Shown here in pieces: positions 40,383-50,615 of a stretch of 64,000 bases of DNA; position 1 is the stretch's first letter, and each line of letters opens with the position of its first letter. The position numbers and the translations under genes are program-made. Source of the stretch: Longimicrobiales bacterium (lineage in GTDB: Bacteria; Gemmatimonadota; Gemmatimonadetes; Longimicrobiales; Gaopeijiaceae); the NCBI GenBank assembly GCA_965226375.1, contig CBDDCX010000008.1, forward strand, positions 384,001-448,000, given 5' to 3'. The notes beneath the pieces were generated by a model, which was not told the DNA's origin, made no database searches, and saw nothing but the letters and a program-made list of their open reading frames with translations.

Positions 40383-40886
40383 GTGGACTTCGAGAAGACC
40401 TTCGACCAACTGCACCCGGCGCTGTTCCGGTACTGTCATCGCTTGACCGGTGACCCGGACGTGGCCGACGACGTGGCGCAGGAGGCTTTTGTCAGGCTGT
40501 ACGACCACAAGGTCGAAGGTGATGAGCGGGGTGTGCGTGCCTGGCTCTTCCGCACGGCCACGCACCTGGTGCGCGACCGTTACCGAGTGGACGAGAACCG
40601 GAGACGGCTTCTCGAGGCGAATCCGGTCCGACCGGCGTCCCTCGAGCAACCGGACCGAGAAATTCATAGAAGAGAAGACGTGGCAAGAGTACGGATGGCA
40701 CTGGAGGACCTGAGCGTGCGTGACCGGGCGATGTTGCTGGCACGATACGAAGGGTTCAGTTACCGCGAGATCGCCGAGGCGTTCGACGTGGCGCCGGGAT
40801 CGGTCGGGACGCTACTTGCTCGGGCTGAGAGGCGCTTTGTCAGCGCCTATGGGCCCGCTGAGGAGAACGATGACGCATCTGGATGA
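40383..40886 (+). CDS. ECF RNA polymerase sigma-70 factor
   Basis: ADDVAQEAF, AWLFR and GFSYREIAE...GSV...L.RA motifs. Confidence 0.95.
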   Translation: MDFEKTFDQLHPALFRYCHRLTGDPDVADDVAQEAFVRLYDHKVEGDERGVRAWLFRTATHLVRDRYRVDENRRRLLEANPVRPASLEQPDREIHRREDVARVRMALEDLSVRDRAMLLARYEGFSYREIAEAFDVAPGSVGTLLARAERRFVSAYGPAEENDDASG

Positions 40887-41721
40887 GGGACTGCTCCGCG
40901 CGCTGCTCGACGGCGAGACGGTCGACGGCGGCGAGGCTTCCGCCATAGGACATCTCGACGAGTGCGACCGCTGCCAGGCTCTCCTGGACGAGCTCCGCGA
41001 CGCCGGCTCCGTAGTCGGCACGGCTCTCGCGCATCTCGACACGGTTCCCGCACCGGTGGGCGCGAAGGCGGCGGTTCTCGCACAGGTGGGCTTTGACGTA
41101 CCGGATGCGACTCGCACACCGGATGCCGCGATTCCCCAGGACATCAGCCCGACCGCGCCGGCACGCCCAACGGGAGTCGCTCCCACGCTCACCGAGCGAT
41201 TCGCCTTCGCCCGTGCGGCCATCCTGGTGCTACTCCTGGGAGGTGTGGTGGCCACGGCCTTGCCGGCCTCGCCCTTGAGCGGGTGGATTGCCGGAGGCTG
41301 GGACCGCGCCGTGACACTCTTTACGGGGCCGACGCAGGCCGAAAGTGCCGCCACTCCGGCGGAGAGCACTCTCACCCCTCAGACCCCCGAATTCGCAGGA
41401 GTTAGTCTCGAGGTCGAAAGCGGAGAGCTCATTGTATTGCTTCTGGACATCGAGCCGGGGACCGAGCTGGATGTGCGCCTCGTGGACGGCTTCCAGGCCG
41501 CCGCGTTCGCGGCTCAGCCGGCGCGCTTTCGTACTGCCGAAGGGTTGATCGAGGTCACCGGTGGCTCCGGCCGAGTGCGCATAGACATCCCCCGATCCGT
41601 GGAAGTGGCATCAATCCACGTGAACGGACGTATGTACCTAACGAAGGCCGGGGACGAGTTGGACGTCGCAGGTCCGATCGTCACCCGAACGTCAGGCGAG
41701 ATTCGCCTGAGGGTCCAATAG
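40870..41721 (+). CDS. Zinc-binding (ZAS) transmembrane anti-sigma factor
   Basis: HLDECDRC (HxxxCxxC), one TM; overlaps the sigma gene. Confidence 0.88.
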   Translation: MTHLDEGLLRALLDGETVDGGEASAIGHLDECDRCQALLDELRDAGSVVGTALAHLDTVPAPVGAKAAVLAQVGFDVPDATRTPDAAIPQDISPTAPARPTGVAPTLTERFAFARAAILVLLLGGVVATALPASPLSGWIAGGWDRAVTLFTGPTQAESAATPAESTLTPQTPEFAGVSLEVESGELIVLLLDIEPGTELDVRLVDGFQAAAFAAQPARFRTAEGLIEVTGGSGRVRIDIPRSVEVASIHVNGRMYLTKAGDELDVAGPIVTRTSGEIRLRVQ

Positions 41722-41772
41722 CCACGATCAAGGGGTCCTGAGACACCACCGGTCCGGAGGCAGATCGACCGA

Positions 41773-43168
41773 ATGCCGCTCCACCTGACGCTCGCGACCG
41801 TGCTGTTGGCGGTTCAGGTCCCGACCCACGGGACGATCGAAGGCGTCGTGCGCGGATACGAGCAGACCTCCGGCAGGACCCTGGCTTTTGCCACGGTCGT
41901 AGCGGCGACTCCCGGAGGACACCGAACCGCTGCCGCCGACAGCCTGGGGCGATACCGCTTCGAGGACCTCCCGGCCGGACTCGTGCGACTGCGAATCAGT
42001 CATCCGGGGCATCGGTCGGCCCGTGTGGACGTCCAGGTACCGGCTGGTGGCACGGTCTCCCTCGATGTCGATTTGGAGCGACGACCGATCTTGCTGTCAC
42101 CCATCGAGGTGTTGGGTGACCCGGTTACACGGGGAAGGACGCCTGGTGCGGTCGACCCTCCCCTTGCCGACATCGAAGTGATCACCCTGGGTCTGAGCCC
42201 CGGGCTGGGCGAGTCGGGCCTCGGTGAAGCGGCGGCAACGCTGCCCGGAAACGATCCGGCAGATCCGACGGACGTTCTCTTCATGCGAGGCTCGACGACG
42301 GATCTGAAGCTCGTCCTTCTGGACGGGGCCCCCCGTCTACACGCCGTTCCATCTCGGAGGGCTGCTCAGCAGCTTCGACGCGTTCGCCCTTGGAGGGGCG
42401 GCGCTCCATGTGGGGGGCGCGCCTGCTCGTTACGACGGGGGGCTCTCCTACATACTGGACCTGCGCACCAGGACTCCCAGGAGGGACCGGTTGCGGGGAC
42501 GGGGGGGAATCGACCTGATCAGCGGGCAGGTGGCCCTGGAGGGGCCCATCGGTAACAAGGTCGGCTTCGCGGTCTCCACGCGGGCTCTGCACGATCTGGG
42601 TGCGAGCGTCTTGGGCAGCTCCCATAATCCGTACGGCTATCGTGATGCCCTCGGGAGGGTGGACGTCGAGCTTGGGAATGACCATCTGCTGAGCACGACG
42701 GCGTTCTGGAATCACGAGTCCGTCCGTCTCTCGGTGGACGGTGGGTCGGCAACGCCTAGCACACCTCTTCCGGGTCCGGAGGACGCCTCCCGGGGCAACC
42801 AGGCGCTGACGGTGGCCTACCGTGGGATTCTGGGTGACGTAACACTCGACGCGGCCGCTTCAGCCAGTGGCTACCAAGCGGACCTGCCCCTCGTGGCGCG
42901 CGAGAAGCTGGGTACGGTGCCGGCGGGACTGGTGCCTGCAGCCGGCAAGGTGCTTGTGCTCTCCGTGAGAGATCTGGCCAACCCGGATCTCGTCTGTGGT
43001 GGAGGAAACTGGAGCGACACATGCGCCAGCATGGTTGTGCTAGAACAGCCGGGGATCGATCCGGGGCGGCGTCCGGGAAGGGTTGAGCTGAGTCTGTTGA
43101 CCGGGCGACGGACCTGGTACCCGCAGGCCGATACGGTCACGCTGGCCGAGGCTCCTCCCCCTGGCTGA
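41773..43168 (+). pseudogene. TonB-dependent receptor, frameshifted at a C6 run (42329-42334) and truncated/chimeric after about 42900
   Basis: Removing one C restores LDGAPVYTPFHLGG...PARYDGGLS; total about 465 aa, too short for a full barrel. Confidence 0.75.
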
Positions 43169-43370
43169 CCCGTCACCCAAGTGGGCGGGTCCGCCCACCA
43201 GTGGACGGTGTTACTTGGCGACGACGTGAGGCCGGGTACGGATTTCGTGGTGCGATTGACGGTTGGGAAGGCCGGTGGGGCCCAGACCAGGGTCGGTTGG
43301 CAGCTCTCGATCGAGGATCCCGCGGTGGCCGCCGCGCCCGGTGTGGGTCACGACGACTGCGTGATGGAGA

Positions 43371-43736
43371 TCAGCTAGGCTCCAGCCAGGTCGTATCACT
43401 TCCCAGGTTGATGGCCAGGTGCTCCCCCTCACCTCCGGGGGCAGCTCCGTGCCAATGCTCTTCCTCGGGATCGACGACTACCATGTCTCCCGGGAGGAGC
43501 TGAACCTCGGTGCCGTCGCGATTGACGACTACGCACGTGCCACTGAGGCCGAAGAGTATCTGGATATCGTCGTGGCGGTGCCAGTTCATGCGTGACCCCT
43601 CGCCGAACGTTACTCGATAGATCCGGATCGGCAGCTCATCGTCGCGACCGAGCAGCTTCTGCACGAACGCCGGAAGCACGAACGTGTTCTCGTCCGCACG
43701 GTTCCGGGGAAGGCTGGCGCCGTCGATCGCCTTCAT
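43371..43736 (-). CDS. Cupin domain protein
   Basis: WHRH...Q...G and PGD......EEHWHGA motifs. Confidence 0.9.
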   Translation of the reverse strand: MKAIDGASLPRNRADENTFVLPAFVQKLLGRDDELPIRIYRVTFGEGSRMNWHRHDDIQILFGLSGTCVVVNRDGTEVQLLPGDMVVVDPEEEHWHGAAPGGEGEHLAINLGSDTTWLEPS

Positions 43737-43765
43737 TGTGGGTCACCTCGGGTCCAAGTCGGGCT

Positions 43766-44116
43766 CTACCTCTGAATAATGTCGAAGACCAAGCCGAAGG
43801 GGTCCTTGAAGTACATGCCCCCCGAATCGAGCAGCACGGTTTCGCAGCCTGCGGCGGCCAGGTGCTCCTTAGCGGCCGCCAGGTCCGGGACGTCCAAGGA
43901 TGGAATGAACGACCGGACGTCCCGCTCGTCCCGGTTCACATAAAGTCGCAAGGCGCCGCTGTCCAACTCCAGGTAGTTCGCGGTCCTGGCTATCAGTCGG
44001 AATCCGAGCACACCCTCGTAGAAGGCCCTGGCCTTGTCGAGGTCCGGTACGTGAATGGCGACTTCGGTGTTCGACTTGAAGGCAACGTTGGGTGTTCCCG
44101 CCTCGTCTTGGCTCAT
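43766..44116 (-). CDS. VOC/glyoxalase family protein
   Basis: V.DLDKARAFYEGVLGF and YFKDPFG motifs. Confidence 0.9.
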   Translation of the reverse strand: MSQDEAGTPNVAFKSNTEVAIHVPDLDKARAFYEGVLGFRLIARTANYLELDSGALRLYVNRDERDVRSFIPSLDVPDLAAAKEHLAAAGCETVLLDSGGMYFKDPFGLVFDIIQR

Positions 44117-44151
44117 GGTACCTCGGGTCTATCTGAATGAAGGGTTCGACG

Positions 44152-45507
44152 TTATCCACCACCGCTCGCCATGAGCGTTTCGATTTCTTCGGCCGTGTAG
44201 GGAAGCCCCGCGCTCAGGACCTCGTGCCCGTTCTCCGTCACCAGGATCATGTCCTCCAGGTAAAAGGCGTCCACACCGACCGCGAACATGGGCTCGAAGG
44301 CGAGGACGGAGCCGGCTTCCAGGGTGGGCAGGGCCTCCTCACCGCTATCCACGCCCACGCCATGAATGCTCCAAATACCGCGACCGGCGTCGGACAACAG
44401 AAAGTCCCCGGCCTGACGCCCCATCGGCGTCCGGAGGTCTGGTGCGAGTTCCTCGATTCTGGCGGCCGCGGCGGTCCCCACCTCGGTCCTGGTGACACCG
44501 GCTCGCATTGCGCTCATGCCGGCTTTGTATCCTTCGATGAGCAGGTTCCAAGCCTCTCGTTGGCCGGCACTGAAGAAGCCGGAGACCGGGATGGTCCGTC
44601 CCACGTCGCCCCCATAGTGGCCGTCGGCACACCCTACATCCATCCGGACCAGCTCGCCGGCCTGCATCGTCCGGTCGAGAGCCTCGTAGTCGTAGAAGGC
44701 CCTCACCAGCCGTCCGACGTGTGCGTTGGGTCCCGACATGGTCCAGGGCCAGAAAGACGGCCCCTCGGCGCCTGATGCGAGGCATCCGTTCACTACTGCG
44801 GCCTCCGAGTCGCGTTGGGCGATGCCGGGCCTCACGGCCCTCATCCCGGCGATGAGGGCGGCCGCCGTCATGCGTGCGTTGCGTCGCAGAATGTCTACCT
44901 CCGCATCGGACTTCACCCACCGCATGGCCGTGATGGCGGGTCGGGCGGACTCGATGCGGGCCGATGGAAAGGCCTCACTTAGGGCCGTCTGCCAAAGAGT
45001 GATCGCACCCGCGACGGGGCGGAACCCCGGTGGGTTGCCCGTCGATTCCGGGCGTCGCGAGGCGTCCACATACAACGTCGTGACTTCCTCTCCCATGCGG
45101 CTGCGAAGGTAGTCTGCCAAGCCGTCCCAGGATCGTACGCTGGTCAGTCCGTAAGTCTCGGCCGCCTCCCGTGTGGTGGGTAGGACAAGGCCCTGGACCG
45201 GCCGTCCGAACGAAAGCGGGGGAGGCGGGACGAAGAGGTGAGCTTCTCGCCTCGGGCCGTCCAATGCCAGCACAGCATCCGGATGATTGGCGAGCCCGGT
45301 GAAGTAGTAAAACGTGGCGTCCTGACGGAAAGTCGGCTGATCTTCGTCTTTGGCTCCCGACCGCGCGTGAAGCAATACGATGCCGTCGGAGACGGTGTCC
45401 ATGAGCCGAGCCCTGCGCTCCCGGAATTCAGCCTCGGGGACGCCCTGTGCGGTCAAAGGGAACTGCATCACTGCGATGCCGAGAAACACCAGACAGGCTC
45501 TCACCAT
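44152..45507 (-). CDS. Xaa-Pro aminopeptidase (M24B, PepP-like), secreted
   Basis: FRQDATFYYFTG, MDVGC..GHYGGDVGRT, HGVG, FEP and LEDM motifs. Confidence 0.9.
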   Translation of the reverse strand: MVRACLVFLGIAVMQFPLTAQGVPEAEFRERRARLMDTVSDGIVLLHARSGAKDEDQPTFRQDATFYYFTGLANHPDAVLALDGPRREAHLFVPPPPLSFGRPVQGLVLPTTREAAETYGLTSVRSWDGLADYLRSRMGEEVTTLYVDASRRPESTGNPPGFRPVAGAITLWQTALSEAFPSARIESARPAITAMRWVKSDAEVDILRRNARMTAAALIAGMRAVRPGIAQRDSEAAVVNGCLASGAEGPSFWPWTMSGPNAHVGRLVRAFYDYEALDRTMQAGELVRMDVGCADGHYGGDVGRTIPVSGFFSAGQREAWNLLIEGYKAGMSAMRAGVTRTEVGTAAAARIEELAPDLRTPMGRQAGDFLLSDAGRGIWSIHGVGVDSGEEALPTLEAGSVLAFEPMFAVGVDAFYLEDMILVTENGHEVLSAGLPYTAEEIETLMASGGG

Positions 45508-45720
45508 TTCCTCCAGCGTTGGACTCGATCGGGGCCGGGATGTGCGGAGTGTCCCCTTATGTGGGCCGAAGCCTCCGGGCGGACGGATAAGACGGCCGTT
45601 CGCACTCGAAGACAACCTTTGCTGGAGGTCCCACGGCCGCAAGCGAGTCGTCGTTACGCAAGTCTGCCACCCCCGCCTCGCCCCACCTTGGGCGAGCGAG
45701 AGAAGGAGGTCGGAACTACC

Positions 45721-47236
45721 TCAACGAATGCGGACGCGTGCGAACCCGGTTTCGTCCGCACGGAAGCGGTACGTCTGAACGGAGACGATGTCACCTTGGG
45801 CGACGTCGCGTAGTGCGTTCTCGAGGTCTCTTTCGGAGCGGACGCGCACGTCGTTCACATGGGTGATGATGTCGTAGTCGGCGAAGAGCTTACCGTACGA
45901 CGGACCGGCCGGGTAAATGCCCGTGACCACGGGTCCGGCGTCTTCCGGGGCGATGTCACCAGGTAGTCCGCGGGCCCGATCAAACCCCACGAGGCAGATG
46001 CCCAGCGGATGGTCCGCGCACGGCAGCTCGAGTTCAGCGTCACCGAGCCCTGGACTTTCGCTTGCCGTCCGAGCCTCGATCTTCTCAGCGCCCAGATGTA
46101 CGATCAGGTGCTCGACGACACCGCCTTCTCGGTGCACCGTCAAGGCCACACTGTCGCCCGGAGCCTTGAACCACACGCTCCGCTGGAGTTGGGCCACGGA
46201 CATCACAGGGTAACCGTCCACCTCGACGATCACGTCGCCCGGACGGAGTCCTGATCGCCGCGCCGGACTGTCCACGTCGCCAACGTCCTGTACGACGACG
46301 CCACAGATCGTGTCGAGGCGTACGGCGAAAGCGTCCTCCGAGGTCGCTCGCGAGGTGGCTGCGCCGAGGACTCTCCGGGTGACGAATCCCTGCTCCATGA
46401 GCTGCGACACGACCGGGAGGATCAGCTTGGCCGGGATGGCCAGCGTGTACCCCTGGTAGTATCCGGATCGGCTGGCGATGGCGGAGTTCATCCCGACGAT
46501 GTGCCCATAGAGGTCCACAAGAGGCCCCCCCCGAGTTGCCACTGTTCGCTACGGCGTCGGTCTGAATGTACTCCTGCATCGAGCCTCGGGAGTTGGGCAT
46601 GACCATCGAGCGGTCCGTCGCGCTGACAATACCTGCGGTCACGCTGAACATGAGCGTACTACCCATCGGATTGCCGATGGCCAGCACCCACTCTCCCACC
46701 CGCATCTGGTCTGAGTCGCCAAGGAAGGCGGTCGGCAGATTCGTCTCGTTTATGCGCACGACCGCTATGTCGCTCAGGACATCTTGGCCGACGATCTCGG
46801 CCTCGTACTCGCGACCGTCGAAGAGACGGACGAACACTCGACGTGCTCCATCGATCAGGTGTTGATTGGTGACGATGTAGCCGTTGGGCAGGATGATGAA
46901 CCCTGTGCCACTGGATGTGGCAGCCCGCGGAAGAGCCCCGGCGAAGGCGCCCTGGAGGCTCAGTGGCATGTCCCGTGACGGGCGGAAGCCCTTGGTCACG
47001 GTCTCAACCCTGATAAATACAACTGCGGGCTGAACGGCACGGGCCACCGCAGCGAAGGCGTTTCCGAGCTGTAGTGCCGAGGCCGTGCCCTCTATCTGGA
47101 CTCGCCCATTGGCGCCGCCGCCGGAGGCGGATCCCGGCTCGGCCGCAGACGCACCGTTGAGAGGGAGGATGGACGCGGCACCCAGCACGAGGGCGAAGCG
47201 TCGCCCACTGGCTCTCGTGATCGCTGTTCGCCTCAT
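45721..47236 (-). pseudogene. DegP/HtrA-family serine protease with two PDZ domains, frameshifted in a G8 tract at the catalytic GNSGG motif
   Basis: GTGFI..TNQH, DIAV and IQTDAVANSGNSGG; GPLVD continues in another frame after C8 at 46525-46532. Confidence 0.85.
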
Positions 47237-47270
47237 CTCGACCTCCGTGCATCGTTCGCGAGTCGCCGGA

Positions 47271-47505
47271 GATCACCTCGTCTTGCTTACCGCTCTACCC
47301 GTGTTCCGGCACGTCGCTTCGATGCGCCATGGTCCCGAGACTCGCTGGCGACCGGTTCTGGCATCAGCAAGGGGACCTTTGCAGATAGTAGGGGATCACC
47401 TCGTCTTGCTTACCGCTCTACCCGTGTTCCGGCACGTCGCTTCGATGCGCCATGGTCCCGAGACTCGCTGGCGACCGGTTCTGGCATCAGCAAGGGGACC
47501 TTTGC
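47271..47505. repeat. Perfect 112-bp direct repeat, two copies (47271-47382, 47394-47505), period 123 bp
   Basis: GATCACCTCGTCTTGC...AAGGGGACCTTTGC occurs twice with an 11-bp spacer. Confidence 0.95.
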
Positions 47506-47519
47506 TCATGACCTTTCAC

Positions 47520-47535
47520 TGCAACGGCCGTGCCA
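47520..47535 (-). promoter_or_regulatory. Sigma-54 (-24/-12) promoter
   Basis: Minus strand TGGCAC-GGCCG-TTGCA matches the TGGCAC-N5-TTGCW consensus and points toward the repeat and degP-like gene. Confidence 0.8.
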
Positions 47536-47589
47536 GAGCGAGAGGCGAGTCCCGGGAAGGGCTCGCTATCGGGGGCGATCGGACGTCAC

Positions 47590-47623
47590 CGGAAGTGTTT
47601 TCCGAAATTCGGAAGTGTTTTCC
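47590..47623. promoter_or_regulatory. Putative upstream activator sequence
   Basis: CGGAAGTGTTTTCC repeated at 20-bp spacing, with an overlapping palindrome TTCCGAA-A-TTCGGAA. Confidence 0.6.
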
Positions 47624-47649
47624 TTGACCCCGAGAAGAGTCAGGAGAGG

Positions 47650-48576
47650 TCAGCCCGCGTCGAAGAGTCCTTCGACGCTCATGTATCGCTCTCCGCTGTC
47701 GCAGAGCATGCATACGATGACCTTGTCCCGGCATTCGGAATCGCGCGAGAGCCTCAGCGCCGCGCTCACACTGGCGCCCGAGGAGATCCCCACGAGGATT
47801 CCCTCCTTACGGGCCAGTTCACGGCACGTCTCGAAGGCTTCGTCCTCCGAAACCAGGAGTATTTCGTCGATGAGCTCACGCTCTAGAATCCCGGGCATGA
47901 AGCCCGGCGCCGTGCCCATCATACGGTGGGGAGCGAAGCGGCCTTCCGACACGAAGGGTGCCTCCTCGGGCTCGACGCCCACCACCCGCAACTCCGGCTT
48001 TTTTGGTTTGAGCGCCTCGGACACCCCGCACAGTGTGCCTCCGGTCCCGATCGGTGCCACGAAAATGTCGATCAGGCCCTCCGTATCGTCCCAGATCTCC
48101 CTACCCGTGGTCTCGACGTGGGCCTTGCGGTTGTCCGGGTTGTCGTGCTGACCCACGTAGAACGAGCCCGGCGTAGCCTGGTGTACCTCCAGGGCCTTGG
48201 CCTTGGCGCCCTTCGTACCCAACTCCTTCGGCGTGAGGATCAACTCGGCGCCGAGTGCCTTGGGCACGCTGCGTCGCTCCACACTCTGAATCTCGGACAT
48301 GCAAAGGAGCACTCGGTAACCCCGCATACGGCCGATGTAGGCCAGGGCCATGCCGGTATTGCCGGACGTCGCTTCGACCAAGGTCGTTCCGGGACCGATG
48401 TCTCCCCGAGCCTCTGCTTCTTGGATCATCCACAACACCGGCCGGTCCTTCACCGCGATCGGGTTGAAGAACTCGCACTTGCCGAAGAGGCGTGCGTGGC
48501 CGTCGGTGTTGATACGATCGAGGGCGAGCAGGGGTGTGTTGCCGATCAGGTCGACGACCGAGGCTGCGTACTTCAT
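47650..48576 (-). CDS. cysK: PLP-dependent cysteine synthase family protein
   Basis: IGNTPL, VKDR, EATSGNTG, GTGGT, GISSGA and DSGERY motifs. Confidence 0.88.
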   Translation of the reverse strand: MKYAASVVDLIGNTPLLALDRINTDGHARLFGKCEFFNPIAVKDRPVLWMIQEAEARGDIGPGTTLVEATSGNTGMALAYIGRMRGYRVLLCMSEIQSVERRSVPKALGAELILTPKELGTKGAKAKALEVHQATPGSFYVGQHDNPDNRKAHVETTGREIWDDTEGLIDIFVAPIGTGGTLCGVSEALKPKKPELRVVGVEPEEAPFVSEGRFAPHRMMGTAPGFMPGILERELIDEILLVSEDEAFETCRELARKEGILVGISSGASVSAALRLSRDSECRDKVIVCMLCDSGERYMSVEGLFDAG

Positions 48577-48613
48577 GGGTGTCGCCCTACGATGAGCGTT
48601 CGGCTCACGTCGC

Positions 48614-49330
48614 TCAGCGGCCGAGAGCACCGTCGATCCAATCCATCACTATCGGTATGTTCAGCGACAGGATGTGACCTTGGCCATCGAGAACCTCGAG
48701 AGTCGCGTCTACGCCACTCGCCTGCAAGAAGTCGAGTGTGGTCTGTGAGTCTTCGAGCCAGCCCGTATCGAGCCCTCCGACAAGAAGCAGTACCGGTGTC
48801 CCGGCTAGACCGTCGAGGTCGGATCCGTCGCCTTCGTACCGTCCAGGCATGCCGACGAGCGCGCCGAATCGATCCGGGTGCTGCACCGCGCTGATGAACA
48901 CGCCGCGACCGCCGTTCGATGCGCCGACCAAAGCTACCTGGCCGGGATCGTACGAGATTTCTCCGTCCAGCCAATCGAAAACTGCCGGCACGAGGTCGTC
49001 GTACAGAGCCAGGGAAGAGGCTCGTATCTGCGGTGCCACGACGTAATAGCCGCGCAGTGCCGGCTCGTCGAGCCAGTAGGTGAAGATCATGTCCATCACC
49101 TCGGTGACGCTGCCATCCCCCCAGGTGAGGGCGAAGATCACGGGGTGAGGTCCGGGGCCCGCCGCCGGGTCCGGACGGACCAAGGCCACGTCGGCGAAGG
49201 CACCACGCCACGGTGCTTTCAACCACTCCACCTGGCGCTGCTCGGCGAGGATGTCGGCAGGGTCCGTCCCGCCGCCGCCGCACGCGCCGAGCAGGAGCGA
49301 AAGGCCCAAGATGCCAACCAAGTTGCGCAC
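48614..49330 (-). CDS. Alpha/beta-hydrolase lipoprotein
   Basis: LGAC lipobox, GASNGG nucleophile elbow, G..D and GQGH. Confidence 0.8.
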   Translation of the reverse strand: MRNLVGILGLSLLLGACGGGGTDPADILAEQRQVEWLKAPWRGAFADVALVRPDPAAGPGPHPVIFALTWGDGSVTEVMDMIFTYWLDEPALRGYYVVAPQIRASSLALYDDLVPAVFDWLDGEISYDPGQVALVGASNGGRGVFISAVQHPDRFGALVGMPGRYEGDGSDLDGLAGTPVLLLVGGLDTGWLEDSQTTLDFLQASGVDATLEVLDGQGHILSLNIPIVMDWIDGALGR

Positions 49331-49433
49331 TACGATCGCCCTTTTTCTCGGTGAAAATCCCGACGCTCCGCTCCCACTGGCGGAGTATCATGGTAACCCC
49401 AGACCCTAGATGATACGAGTCTGGACCATCGCA

Positions 49434-50534
49434 TTACCCCCGTTGGGTGGCCGGTCCTCCGGGGGGAGTGCTCTCGAGCTCGTTCGTCCTCGCTGCCGCC
49501 TCTACGGAGGCCAAGCGAACGGTTTCCCGTTTCCCCCGTAGCTGCACTTCGCCCACGGATTCGACAACCAAGGTGGCGGGCAGGATCAGGAGGTCGAGGA
49601 TCTCCTGGGAGATGAGCAACCGAGCACCCCGATCCTTGCACAGTGACAGGATGCGGGCCGTCGCGTTCAGCGCGTCACCGTGGAACGCGCGCTCCTTCTT
49701 GGCTTCGCCCACCCAAGTGGTCACGACCTGTCCACCATGGACCGCGCCGCGAAGTTCGGGCGTGCATTCGTAGCGCTCTCGATATTCGCGGCCACGCTCC
49801 TCGAGGGACGTGACCATCTCCGTGAAGCACCTCACACAGGCCGCCTTTTGCACTCCTGCCTCGATACGCCAACTGATGATGACCTCGTCTCCGGCGTACT
49901 GATACACCTCGCCATGCCAGGCGAGGATGGCCTCCGATACGTCGGTGAAGAGATTCCGGAGTAGCATGCTGTACTTCAGCGGCCCCAAGCGCTCCGCATG
50001 GGCGGTGGACCCCACGAGATCAGCGAAGAGAAAGATCCGTGACTCCTCCTGGGGATAGTAGTACCGCCCCGTGAGGAGTCGCCTGATCTCTCCCTTGTTG
50101 TGCAGGCGGCGGACCTGGAGGACCGAAGTCAAGGAAATGGCCGCCAGGACCGAGACGATCAGGTCACGGGTGGAGTTTGCGTCGCCGATGTAGATGGACG
50201 CCGCGCTCCCGAGGCCGACATCCAGCGACAGGGCGAATCTCAGGGCATTCACGAGAACCAGAGCCACGAGGATGATGCCGGTGTAAGCCACGACTCGGGT
50301 GAAGTTGAGCATCAGGAAGCTCAGCTTCCGGCTCAGGCGGGGCACTACGAACTCCTCGCCGACCCCGAAAAAGAGGCCGATCAGGAGCCCGACGGAGGCT
50401 CCTCGCACTCCACTCCAAAAGATCGCCGTCTCGTCGAACGCGCTGGCCGCCAACCCGATCAGATAGCCTACGACGACGCCTAGCACGACAAAGGTCCACG
50501 TGGACTTGATCCGCCTACGGAGAATCGCGCTCAT
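49434..50534 (-). CDS. Membrane-bound class III adenylate/guanylate cyclase
   Basis: Four TM helices; FLFADLVGST, YAGDE and GDALNATAR motifs. Confidence 0.92.
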   Translation of the reverse strand: MSAILRRRIKSTWTFVVLGVVVGYLIGLAASAFDETAIFWSGVRGASVGLLIGLFFGVGEEFVVPRLSRKLSFLMLNFTRVVAYTGIILVALVLVNALRFALSLDVGLGSAASIYIGDANSTRDLIVSVLAAISLTSVLQVRRLHNKGEIRRLLTGRYYYPQEESRIFLFADLVGSTAHAERLGPLKYSMLLRNLFTDVSEAILAWHGEVYQYAGDEVIISWRIEAGVQKAACVRCFTEMVTSLEERGREYRERYECTPELRGAVHGGQVVTTWVGEAKKERAFHGDALNATARILSLCKDRGARLLISQEILDLLILPATLVVESVGEVQLRGKRETVRLASVEAAARTNELESTPPGGPATQRG

Positions 50535-50615
50535 TGCAGTTGGAAGATGGGGCGTAGGCCTGTTCGTGAAGTTGGGGCCACGGTCGACCACACGAGCGAC
50601 CGTGGCCCCACGCCA

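Noticed and set aside
47271..47505. CRISPR array or HDV-like ribozyme
   Set aside because: Only two 112-bp units with an 11-bp spacer and no cas genes; the crossing pairings do not fit HDV P3/L3 lengths
47273..47509. Sec read-through of the small repeat ORF into degP
   Set aside because: The TGAs are in frame, but there is no Cys-motif context, no clear SECIS hairpin, and degP has its own GGAGG RBS and signal peptide
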